DNA of 63,687 bases, the filler included, from Octopus bimaculoides (taxonomy: Eukaryota): the NCBI RefSeq assembly GCF_001194135.2. It is 9 parts of 8 records of this genome, joined end to end, with 100 filler letters (N's around TTAATTAATTAA, not from the genome) between each part and the next. Parts side by side here need not be neighbours in the genome. Positions count along the whole stretch, not along the records: positions 11,976 to 22,697 come from NC_068989.1; positions 22,798 to 47,358 come from NC_068996.1; 7 more parts are not named here. One strand, given 5' to 3'. Position numbers and translations under genes: made by a program. Position 1 is the stretch's first letter, and the number at the start of each line of letters is the position of its first letter. Positions 13,249 to 25,200 of the stretch are shown here, in pieces. Below the pieces are notes generated by a model. That model saw nothing but the letters and a program-made list of their open reading frames with translations. It was not told the origin of the DNA and ran no database searches.

Positions 13249-16119
13249 TGTATGTATGTATGTATATAAGAAATTCTTTTAGTTTCCGTCTACCAAATCC
13301 ACTCACAAGGCTTTGGTCGACACAAGGCTATAGTAGAAGACACTTGCATAAGGTGCCATGTAGTGGGACTGAACCTCAGAACCATATGGTTAGGAAACAA
13401 GCATCTTACCACATGACCAGATATAGTCAATGTATGTGTTCTGCTTGTTCACTGGTAGGCTGTAGTTTAGTGTGGTGGGGATGACTCTCTCAAAGTGTTG
13501 GGAATTAAAATACCTGAAAGTCATAGCAGGGCAAGACAACTCACCCCAAATCCTATTCAGAAGCAATGGTCAGAGATTAAATAAAGGTGGGGAGGGTGAA
13601 TGTAATTTATGGTGAACGAGGGCAGAGGGTTGGTAAGTGATAAATATGAGTTAGGGAGATGGTTGGAGAAAGTAGGTCAGTGCAGGAAAGTAATGAGAAG
13701 TAGAATAATTCTTTTTACTATAGAGACAAGGTCTGAAATTTTCAGGGAGGGGACTAGTCGATTACATCGACCCTAATGTTTCACTGGTACTTAATTTATC
13801 AACTTCAAAAGGATGAAAGGCAATGTCAACCTCAGCAGAATTTGAACTTAGAATGTAGCAATGGGTGAAATACAGCTAAGCATTTTGTCAAGCATGCTAA
13901 CGATTTTGCCAGCTCACTGCTCCATTGAGGAGTAGAATAATGAGAGTGCAGTAGACAAAAGATGGATGATTAAAAGGAAGATGACAGGTAGGCTGCAGGA
14001 GTGTGTAGGGAGAGTGAGGGATATTTGATGATTGAGATGAGTCAACAGGAAGTGCTTCAGGGGAGAAGAAGAGAAATAATTGATAACTTAGATGAGAGAT
14101 CAATGTAAAATGCAAGCAGAGAGGGACAATACCAAGAATAAAAGATGGATGTCAAATGAAATGATTCCAAGTTGTGGAAGAGCTAACTGGTAGTACAGAA
14201 TAGAATGATGAAACATGTAGTTTGGCTCTCATTTAAGTACAACAGAATACTATAGTAGTTAGGCTAGTGATGACAGGACCAGTGACAGTGATAGAGGGAT
14301 GATGGGAAAGGCATGATGAGAAAAGTAGGGTTAGGGGCCCAACTATGCTTCCAGAACCTCAGTTGCACTAAGGTAAGTGGTCCTCTTGAGCACTGCATAT
14401 TGCCAGTCACCTTAGTCTTTTGTCATCTATTCCAAGAGGCTGAAAATTATGAGATAGTCTTTCACTATTCATCCCATATCTTCCTGAGTAGATTATATTC
14501 TATGCAGCAATAAGAAATTGCCATCAGTGTTCATAGACACATTGTAATATTTAACTTGAATGGGACTTATTCAATATAACAACAATAATTGTTTCTAATA
14601 ACGCAATATTTTGAGAAGTAGTGAATTACATTGACACTCAAAATTATCAGGTACTTTATTTTATCAACCTTGGAGGGATGAAAGGCAGAGTGGATCTCAG
14701 TGACATTTGAACTCAGAATGTATGAAGCTGGAACAAAGATAGCAAGGTATTTTATCTGATTTTCTAATGATTCTTTTCTAATTACAATAATTCTTTCTAA
14801 TTTTGACATAAGGCCATAAATTTTGAGGAGAGGAGGAAGGGGGAAAGTCTATTCCATCGCTTTCAGTACTTGACTGATAATTTATTTTACTGACCATGAA
14901 AGAATGAAAAGTAAAGTCAATCTCAGCAGGGTTTGAATTCAGAGCATAAAAAGCTGGAATAAATGCTACTAATTATTTTGTCTGATGTGCTAATAATTTT
15001 GCCAGCTCACCATCCTCTCCCTAATTATAATAATAATAATAATCCTTTCTACTATAGACACAAGGCCCGAAATTTGATGGGAGAGGTATAGTCAAGTACA
15101 TTGACCCCAAGTGTTTCACTGATACTTACTTTATCAACCCCAAAAGGATGAAAGGCAAAGTCGACCTCAATGGAACTTAAACTCTGAATGTAAAGATGAA
15201 CGAAATGCCACTAAGCATTTCCTATTGTTTTCTGTCATGTATGTTTGTTTGTCCGTGGACAAGATATCTCAAGAACTGTTGGATGGATTCGGATGAAACT
15301 TTTAGGGACATCTGGCCTTGTGACTGGCACAAACTGATTAGATTTTGGGATCGATCTGGTACCAGACAAGGATTCTGGATTATTTTTCCCTTTTTTTTTA
15401 CTTAATTTATAAGAGCAGTCAGGTTCATTTTTAGTATTCTCATTTGTGAGAACAGTCAAGTTTATTTCAGATATTCTCATTTTAAAAATTATCTCTCGCT
15501 AATCATTGAGAGGATGTTGGTGTAGCCTTGGTGGAGGTTTGCGCTCTCTGAGTGCTCGTTATTATTATTATTATCATTATTATTATTGTTGTTGTTGTTG
15601 TTGATTCTGTGGCTCACTGCCTAAATAATGATAATAATAATGATTTCAAATTTTGGCACAAGGCCAGCAAGTTCCGGATAAGGGGTAAGTCAATTACATA
15701 AAACCTAGTGCTCAACTGGTGCTTATTTTATCAACCCTGAAAAGATAAAAGCAAAGTCAACATTGGTGGAATTTGAACTCAGAGCATAAAGGCAGACAAA
15801 AGCATTTTGCCCGGCGTGCTAACGATTCTGCCAGCTCACCACCTTAATAATAATAATAACAATAACAATAGTAATAATCCTTTCTTCTATAGGCACAAGG
15901 CCTGACATTTGGTGGGGAGGGAAAATAGTTGATCACATTGACCTCAGTATTTGATTGGTACTTAATTTATCGACCCTGAAAAAATGAAAGGCAAAGTCAA
16001 CCTCAGCAGAATTTGAACCCAGAACATAGCAGCAGACGAAATACAGCTAAGCATTTCACCTACCATACTAACAATTCTGCCAGCTCACCGCCTTAACAAC
16101 AACAACAACAACAACAACA

Positions 16120-16340
16120 AAGATAAGGAAAAAATAGGAAAACACCAAGACTCAGTAAGGGAAATACAAAGACTGTGGAGGGTTTCTGTTGTTGGTGCCA
16201 TTGGTACCATTACCAACAGACTTGGTGGGTTCCTTCTTGAGATGAGAGTAGCTACAAGAATTTCATTAATACAGAAATTTGTTCTATGAGGAACAGAAAC
16301 AGAAATTAGTTGTGACTTGATATCAAGGACACTGATTCCA
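16120..16340 (+). mobile_element. Degenerate RLE LINE C-terminal fragment
   Basis: KEKIGKHQDSVREIQRLW...VVGAIGTI...LIQKFVL*GT resembles the EK..KY.DL..EI.R.W...VGALG motif. Flanked by (AAC)n and (ATT)n. Confidence 0.6.
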
Positions 16341-16383
16341 AATGTAATACATTTGTGCATACCATTAGATAATAATACTAAAA

Positions 16384-16426
<43 letters not shown>

Positions 16427-16429
16427 GAG

Positions 16430-16975
16430 TGAGAGCGCAGCACGTGCCATCAAAGTGACACTGGGGTACAAATATACGAAGCCCAATATAACCATCATAA
16501 CTCCTTGTCTGATAAGGGTACACCAGCACAGCATCACAACTGTATGTGCACGACATGGTGATTTCATATCAAAATCAACAGTGCATGACGTTGCAGGTGG
16601 GACCCAGTTAGAATTTTCTTCAGGTTGAGTAACCCATCCAGCTCAAAAGGTCCCTGAATAAAGGTTGTTTAAGGATGTTGAACGAAACACCCATGTTTCC
16701 AGTGGTGAATTATTCAAACCCCAAAGAATTCCTCTCAACACATGGCTGTGATGCTCCCCCACTACTTCAGAGATGCACATATCGTCAGCTACTAAGGGGA
16801 CATGCTGAACTGGTTAAGGTCAAACAACTGACAAGGAAATCTGTGGTATTGAGCAAAATATTTGCTATAATCCATCTTTTATACCAAAACAAAGCATGTA
16901 CTTGATAACACTTCCAATCAGTTAAGATCAGAAGCTATGAAAGACAGTGCCGGGTATTGTATCTGGGCATTCATC
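16430..16975 (+). repeat. Interspersed repeat family E (about 550 bp)
   Basis: GCCATCAAAGTGACACTGGGG...CCCAAAGAATTCCTCTCAACACATGGCT. Recurs at 59777-60105 (+), 25235-25586 (-) and 8770-9040 (-). Confidence 0.8.
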
Positions 16976-18408
16976 ATCATCATCATCATTATTTAAGTGG
17001 TGAGCTAGCAGAATCATTAACACGCCATACAAAATGCTTAGCAAATTTCTTCCATGCTTACAAATTCCTCCGAGGTCGACTTTGTCTTTCATCCCTTCGG
17101 AATCGGTAAATTAAGTACCAGCTGTGCCAAAATTTGAAATCATCATCAACGTCGTCGTCATCATCATCATCATTATGTGTTGGATTGTTTACAACCCTGA
17201 AATCTAGCCGTTCAGTAAAAGAAACCAATAGCCTTATTATTGTTATTTTTAAATACCAAACTTAAAATAAATATAAGTATTTCAAGGTAGGGCCCCAGCA
17301 TGGCCACAGTCCAATGATGAAACAAGTAAAAGATAAAAGGTATTTTAAACATCCATATTACGCCCAGGTGTTCTACCCTTGAAACGATGTTTACAATGTC
17401 AGTATAGGCCTATACTGGTTTCAAGTTTTGGCACAAGGTTAGTAGTTTTGGGGTGGAGACAAGTCGATTAAATCGACCCCCAGTGCTCAGCGAGGTGGTA
17501 CTTATTTTATCAAATTTGAACTCAGAACGTAGAGATAGAGGAATTGTCGCTAAGCGTCTTGCACAAATTTTGGTACAAGACCAGCAAGTTCGAGGGAAAG
17601 GGAAAGTCGATTACATCAACCCCAGTGCTCAACTCGTACCTATTTTATCGACCACGAAAGCATGAAAGACAATGTCGATCTCGGTGGAATTTGAGCTCTG
17701 AACGTAGAGACAGGCGGCATGCCGCAAAGCATTTTGCCCGATGTGCTAACGATTCTAGCAGCTCGCCGCCTTTATGTCAATATATCCAGGTATTCTATGA
17801 AATGATATTTAAATTGTTAATTATGTTGAGAATAGGATTAATAAAAAAAACAAAGCAAGTTCATTCTTGCGTCACAAGAAAAGAGGACACTACATTTTTT
17901 TTTTGCCCTTAATGCCGGGTTCCTCATGGTACAGCTGAAAGATACCTCCACAAATATGCCCGCCCGCGCATTTAATGAAACTCAAAGAGACGCGCACATA
18001 CACACATACAAATATACATTCATTCATACAAGAGTATTAATAACAACAAGAATAAATTATTACTATCAATATGATGATAATATTGAAGAAATTAATGATA
18101 CAGGGGAATACATTAGAACTGGAATCTAGTAATACCAAAGCCAACTCAAAGGTGCACTGATGTACGTCAATCACTGCCAGTATATATGTGTGTGTGTATG
18201 TATGTTTGTACGTATATATCTATGTGTGTATACACACAGACATACGCACACATACACACATTCATTCAGCTTACGACGTTTCGCATTACGTCTTTCTCAA
18301 CTTGATTTCTTTTAAGAAATACAAATAATATTCTCTTTGTTTTTTCGTGTTACATCATTTTACGGGTTAAGTCGCGTGTCTTAGAATGAATTACCGACTT
18401 AAGGTATG

Positions 18409-18439
<31 letters not shown>

Positions 18440-21400
18440 NNNNNNNNNNNNNNNNNNNNNNNNNNNNNNNNNNNNNNNNNNNNNNNNNNNNNNNNNNNNN
18501 NNNNNNNNNNNNNNNNNNNNNNNNNNNNNNNNNNNNNNNNNNNNNNNNNNNNNNNNNNNNNNNNNNNNNNNNNNNNNNNNNNNNNNNNNNNNNNNNNNNN
18601 NNNNNNNNNNNNNNNNNNNNNNNNNNNNNNNNNNNNNNNNNNNNNNNNNNNNNNNNNNNNNNNNNNNNNNNNNNNNNNNNNNNNNNNNNNNNNNNNNNNN
18701 NNNNNNNNNNNNNNNNNNNNNNNNNNNNNNNNNNNNNNNNNNNNNNNNNNNNNNNNNNNNNNNNNNNNNNNNNNNNNNNNNNNNNNNNNNNNNNNNNNNN
18801 NNNNNNNNNNNNNNNNNNNNNNNNNNNNNNNNNNNNNNNNNNNNNNNNNNNNNNNNNNNNNNNNNNNNNNNNNNNNNNNNNNNNNNNNNNNNNNNNNNNN
18901 NNNNNNNNNNNNNNNNNNNNNNNNNNNNNNNNNNNNNNNNNNNNNNNNNNNNNNNNNNNNNNNNNNNNNNGTTCATACTGATTATAAAAATAAAAGTCAA
19001 TAATATCACAGATCACCATAAAACACCTGGAAAATTCGAAATACATAAATTATCAATAATCTAACGACATAATTTTATTCCTTTTTTTTTTTAATTGATC
19101 ACCAATATCAATTTCAATAATGTTTCGTATATTTCCCCAGGCGACAGTTTTTAAAATAAATAAATAAATAAAATGTTTTACATTTGTATTTCTCTTGTTG
19201 CCTTTATTGAAAGCAAACAATTTAATTATATTAAAATATACTTCTTGTGGGCGTTCAATGCTAAATAACATTCGAAACCAATTGATACTTCATATAACTG
19301 CAGAGCTTGATCAAAGGATTATTATACATTTCACACCCAATACATACAAATTAATATCAATCAGTAAGAGGGCCGAGAGGATACCAGGGTTGTATTTAAA
19401 GCATAAAGTTGTTCTAAGCCGATCGTGAGCATGAATAAATCAATTCCATTTTAGTATTTGTATCCAAAGGAAATGATATTCAGAACAAAAGCTACTTTGA
19501 TGAAAACTAAAATAAAAAGAAAGATTATATTAAACAAGTGTTGCGAACGAACAAATAATTCACCACTCACCTTGGAGATTATAAGGTAAGGGACTGTCTA
19601 CTTTCACTTTGTGCAGACGACGAGAGTAAACCCAGTTAAATGCAGGAGGAACTCCGCAGGGGGAGAATGACGACAAAGAGTGACAACAAGGGAGGCAATC
19701 ATTTTCTTACTCTATTTTCATAGATGAAATTTAGTACTTTCTTAGCTTGTTGCTAACGTTCTTACTTTTATATTTTACATATTTCAGTCTTTGGACTGCG
19801 GTCATGCTAAGGCACCACCTTGAAGGGTTTAGTCGAACAAATCGCCCCCAGTACTTATTTTCATTTTAAGTATCGTACTTATTGGATCGGCCTCTTTTTA
19901 CTAAGTTACGGAGACGTAAACAAACCAGCACTAGTAGTCAATCGGTAGTGGAGTAAAGACACAAACACGCGCGCGCATACATACATACATACGTGTGTGA
20001 CGGTTTTCTTTCATTTTCAGTTTACCAGATACACCCACAAGGCTTTGGTCATCCCGGGGCTATAGTAGACTGTACTGGAACCATATAGTTGGGAAGCAAT
20101 TAGAAATGTTTATCTAGAAATTAAATTTTATTATTTATTTGATTGGAATGAAATAATCGGGATAAAAATAGAGGTTAGATGATAAACTCCAGCTCCGGAG
20201 AGATACGCTTGTAAGGGGGATAACTCTGAAATACGCTGAAATACGGTGCAGTCGGACATGCTTTTCTTTGTTGACCGCTAAATCTTCCAAGGAGCTTCCA
20301 TTTCTAAATAACCTCACATCACTTGCTACATATTTTGTTTCTTTTTTTTTTAAAAAGACTACTTAAAATGGATTTGTTAGGTTCAATACTTGGTTCCATG
20401 GAACCACCGCCATCTATAGGAGATGAAGCTAAAAAAAGAGTTAAAGGTTAGTATCAGTTTAAGAGGTTAATTGAAATTACTGTTTATAATTGTATAACCA
20501 CACATTGTTAGGAAAATTTGCACGAATTCATCTAATGTATTCTATATAATATAATATAATATATATATATATATATATAAGCTAACTATAGTTAGATCAT
20601 TGGCATTTATAATGCTAATTTGTCTCCCACTTTTTCCTTCCCAGACAAAATAAATTTGTATAGTATAGTGTTGATGTATATATGCTGGCGTGTTTACTGT
20701 ATACTTATGTGTATAATTATATAGTACATTTATCTAGTGTTTGGGTGTGTAATTATAATGAATAGTAATATGTATATTTATATAAAACATGCATAGTATA
20801 TGTGTGTGAATGTACATATATCTATCAAAACACTGTAAACGCTTCACCTATATTCAAGTTTTGATAAAATATGGAGTCAATAACTTCGATTATGTAATAT
20901 TTCACGCACATATGCATATATATATATCTACACACGCACAAAACGTATTTGGAGATTCAATAGTTGAAACATGGGATCGTTTTAAATGCTTTCCAACCAC
21001 TAGACTTTTCTCAGTACCCACCATCATGTAAAAATACATCTGTGCCGAAAATAATTTGTATGGTTTGGAAAGCAATTATAAAAATCCGAACATATCGGAT
21101 ATATATATTATATATATATACACACATATACGCACGCTCACACACGCTTGCAAACTGCCTGTTTTTGTTTTTAATCCTCTTGTCTGAAGACTATGTACAT
21201 TCGTACTGAATTTAAATATACAAATACGTATGCTTTAATCAATAATAACTTCATCAGCATTATTAAACTGGTAGGCAGTGCTTTAGCAATCTACGTCCTT
21301 AGCTTTACTTTTTTTTTCATTTCCCTGTTGTGACTAGAATTTCGCTGTCTTATCAGACAAAAAAAAAAGAAAAGTAAATGATTTCAACTGTGTTTTTTAA

Positions 21401-21913
21401 TTCCAAAAATTCTCTTTCGATACTTGGTAAGGTATTGTTGTTGTTAGTGGTGAACTTCTCAACCTGGCTTTTCGAAATTCTGGTTTCTTTAATAATCCAG
21501 CTATTGGAGTGACATACTTATTTTTAGTTGTAGGTATATACTTATTGATTGTTTTTTCTTTATTATTATTATACGGTATTGCAGGGAGATTTTTTTTTAA
21601 AGTCCATCGCGTTTCAGTTAAAAACTCACGTGTCAATGTTGACACTTGTCGTAGGTTTGCCGTCACAGCCCTGTCCGAGCCGACTTTTGATCACAGGTAT
21701 TCCAGTCATGATCACCCCGACACACACACATGCATGGTTTTCCTCAATAATTAAATTTCCCATGAATATAGCCTCAAAAGATATGTATCTTATGCAGTAA
21801 GCTGTGATTGGTGTGGATTTGCTATCAGAAGACAAAGATAATATGAAAAGAAAGCGTTTTGAAATATGTAGGAATTCTTCAAATGACTGATTCTAATGTT
21901 TATTTTCCTACAG

Positions 21914-21981
21914 AACAAAATGCTTTGCTGAAGAAAAAGCAGGAAGACGAAAAGAACAGGTTAGAACAATTTCGGGCTCAG
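21914..21981 (+). CDS. Candidate orphan exon, coiled-coil-like peptide
   Basis: Acceptor tattttcctacag| and donor CAG|gtgaga. Translates (E)QNALLKKKQEDEKNRLEQFRAQ, a charged helical sequence. Gene not recognised. Confidence 0.55.
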
Positions 21982-22468
21982 GTGAGAGTTAAAACGTTTC
22001 TAAAATCTTTGTTTACCACCCACCCTCATCTTTCCTTCCTGTTTTCATAAATGAGAACAACCATCATTAATGATGTATGTCCTCAAAATACTGAACATGT
22101 ATATAATATATACTGATTATCTGTCTCCATCGTTTCCCTCTTATGTTTTCCAAAGTAAAGTAACTGTTTTTGAACTGGCTTCACATCACTTTGAATTATT
22201 TGATTCTAATTTCTCATTGGCCTACTTATAATCAAATTCTCTTGCACAATAAAGCAGTGGTGTACTTGTATGTATGCATGCACACATACATACAACAATA
22301 TGCACAGGCATGGTTGTTGGGAAGTTAGCTTCTCAACAACTTGGTTTCAGTCTCACCGCATGCTAACTTGAGCAAGTGTTTTCTACTGTAGCTTTGGGGT
22401 CAACCAAAACCATGTGAGTGGATTTGATAAAAGAATCTCTCTCTATCTATCATATATATATATATATA

Positions 22469-22697
22469 TACTAGCAGAGATACCCGGCGTTGCCCGTGTT
22501 ACATGCAATTGAAAAATGAGACTTTTCTGTTATATTTTCTGTAAGGAACTGGAATACATATGATTCAAATTTCATCAAAATTGCACATGAGGGTTCTTTC
22601 CCTCTTTACACACCCTAAAAAAATTCTAATCATGAGACATGTATCCCATACTATTGATCTTTATGCGCATATTCCAAAATTTCAGTCTTCTGGAACC
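22469..22697 (+). mobile_element. Possible Helitron-like non-autonomous element, 5' end
   Basis: Follows (TA)n and begins TACTAGCAGAGATACCCGGCGTTGCCCG, a start resembling invertebrate non-autonomous Helitrons. Cut by a linker. Confidence 0.45.
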
Positions 22698-23109
22698 NNN
22701 NNNNNNNNNNNNNNNNNNNNNNNNNNNNNNNNNNNNNNNNNTTAATTAATTAANNNNNNNNNNNNNNNNNNNNNNNNNNNNNNNNNNNNNNNNNNNNATA
22801 TATATACAATTAAACCTTGGGAGAGGCATTATGCCGGTAATAAACACACGCACTGGTTCAGTCCTTTATTAATTTATATAGTTTTTTGTTAAATTATTTC
22901 ATTGCACTCTTGCACACACATACGAGCTTGCACACACGCACATGCTCATACCGAACAGTTTCGAAACAACGCCAAAACAACGCCAGATCATACATTCAAA
23001 ATAAATGGAAGTGGAGAGACAAGTTACTGAAGAGATTGCAAGAGTGCAATGAAATAATTTAACAAAAAACTATATAAATTAATAAAGGACTGAACCAGTG
23101 CGTGTGTTT

Positions 23110-23600
23110 ATAAGAACCCACAATATGATAGAAGTTATAGCCACTCATAATAAAAAGCAGTACTGATGGAATGTCCTAATGAAGACCCCAGTAAAATGCA
23201 AGCACAACAGACCTGATATAATGATTTGGGATAGAGAAGAGAAACTGTGTACAGTTGTGGAAATTAGCTGCCCAGAGGATGTTAACATAAAGTTGAAGAA
23301 CAATGAAAAGAAGAATACCTACGCTGAACTATTGAGAAATCTGCAGTTACTCTGTCCAGATTACAAGTTCAGGTTTATAGTTTTAATTTTTGGGGTCCTG
23401 GGATATGTAACACACTGCTTAAATACCAATCTTGAGATATTAGGCTTCTGAAAACTAGGAAGGAGAAAGCTGATTCGAAGAATACAAATCCAAGCCATCA
23501 CCGGAATTGTAAAAATCTGTAAAGTTTTCCAGAAGTTTATCATTTAAATATATATGAGCATATCTAGATATGCAATAATATGCATGCGAATAGNNNNNNN
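23110..23600 (+). mobile_element. RLE-type (R4-like) LINE 3' fragment with a (CATA)n tail
   Basis: KTPVKCKHNRPDIMIWDREEKLCTVVEISCPEDVNI...EKKNTYAELL...IFGVLG, the RPD..E..K restriction-like endonuclease motif. One in-frame stop at 23449-23451. Confidence 0.85.
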
Positions 23601-24414
23601 NNNCAATAGCCATGCCTTCCCACATACATACATACATACATACATACATACATACATACTGTTATATCCTTACCCCTCCAATATCGTAGTACGAATAGAT
23701 ATTGTTGATAATAAAATACACTGTAACAGTATTATATACAATATAAAATAGAAACAGCGGCAGTAACAGTCACGTTACGAAGGAAATTTTATTTTCCTTT
23801 ACTTTCTTTTATTCATTATTTTAATTTACCCATATATGATATAACCCATCATTCATCATTATTACTATTACTATTATTGAATTGAAATAAAAGGAATAAT
23901 TTTAACGCATGCGCGCACACCCACACATACACGCATGTATATTCCGAAAGTATCCTAATGTAAGCCTTGTTGTCCTCTTAAAACCCTGTCGATTTTCTTT
24001 ATAAGGTATCTAAAATACAAAATCATATTTATAAATGTTTTATATATATATATTCGTAATTTTAATCTTATTTGAGAAATGAAAGAATTGTTGGGTTATA
24101 TGTTGATTGACTAATAGCTTAATTTGTATCCATCCATTTGATCTCTCTGTTTTCTAACTCAATAAAAATGTTTGATATCTTACGATATTGTATATAATAT
24201 ATTCATATATTCATTGAAGAATTATTTCTTAAAAATTTTAATTTAATATATTAAACCAGTTTATCTTGGATAAATATTCTTAGAAGAGGTTTGAATATCT
24301 TCGTCGCCACCAATAACACCTACACCGACACTCACACCCTCTTCCAATATGTGACCGCATGTGTATCGTGGGCGATTTTCTTTCTCCGTCTTCCCTTCTT
24401 TGGACTTTTTCTAT

Positions 24415-24448
24415 ATTTCTGATGAAGAGCTCCGCTCAAACGTGAAAT
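24415..24448 (+). ncRNA. Degenerate hammerhead of a sister subfamily (canonical CUGAUGA, G12 lost, GUG triplet)
   Basis: AUUU-CUGAUGA-A-GAGC(UCC)GCUC-AAA-C-GUG-AAAU. Downstream TTCCTGAGCGTC resembles the 30.1-kb element. Confidence 0.55.
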
Positions 24449-24619
24449 CATCTTTCTTTTCCTTCGATTCCTGAGCGTCCAATAACACTGTACTTATTCC
24501 ACATTCTCACGTTGTTGTTTTTTCTTGTTTTTTCTTGCTTGTTCATGTTTGGATTGACTATATATATATATATGTGTGTGTGTGTGCGCACGCGCGCGCG
24601 TGTGTGCATAAATACATAC

Positions 24620-24652
<33 letters not shown>

Positions 24653-25126
24653 NNNNNNNNNNNNNNNNNNNNNNNNNNNNNNNNNNNNNNNNNNNNNNNN
24701 NNNNNNNNNNNNNNNNNNNNNNNNNNNNNNNNNNNNNNNNNNNNNNNNNNNNNNNNNNNNNNNNNNNNNNNNNNNNNNNNNNNNNNNNNNNNNNNNNNNN
24801 NNNNNNNNNNNNNNNNNNNNNNNNNNNNNNNNNNNNNNNNNNNNNNNNNNNNNNNNNNNNNNNNNNNNNNNNNNNNNNNNNNNNNATATAGTGAAGATGA
24901 TTTGAAAATGCATAGGTCTTTTAAAGAGATTTATCGACTTGACCAGTTTCACTTTTTTGTTTTAATATTTTCAAAAGTAAAGTGCAAGGCTTGATGTAGC
25001 CTTTGTGGTGTTAAACATTAGTTAACATAGATGTATTAAAATACAGTGATAGAGTCTTTGACAATGATAAGAAAATGCTTGGAGAGGCTTTGTGTTTAAA
25101 CAGTTTACATAAAAGTGTTCAAAATA

Positions 25127-25200
25127 GGCATATGGCGTAGTGGTTAAGTGCGCAGGCTACTAACCCCAAGATTCCCAGTTCGATTCCAGGCAGTAACTTG
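25127..25200 (+). other. tRNA-like head (SINE fragment or tRNA pseudogene) followed by (AAT)n(GAT)n
   Basis: A box TGGCGTAGTGG and B box AGTTCGATTCC. No convincing acceptor stem. Confidence 0.5.

Larger units (their letters stand above)
13720..17772 (-). mobile_element. Stack of at least 8 mostly minus-strand SINE family A copies, interleaved with (AAT)n and other repeats
   Basis: GGATGAAAGGCAAAGTCGACCTC...TTTGAACTCAGAA...ATTCTGCCAGCTC motifs recur near 13810, 14680, 14900, 15150, 15740, 15980, 17500 and 17660. Confidence 0.8.

Noticed and set aside
14340-14378. Possible 18-nt micro-exon ttccag|AACCTCAGTTGCACTAAG|gtaagt
   Set aside because: It lies beside degenerate LINE-like sequence with no polypyrimidine tract and no partner exons.
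20135-20340. Open frames on both strands in unique-looking sequence
   Set aside because: No convincing splice-site pair and no recognisable motif.
25127-25200. Functional tRNA gene
   Set aside because: No proper acceptor stem, and it is followed by a microsatellite tail as in SINEs.
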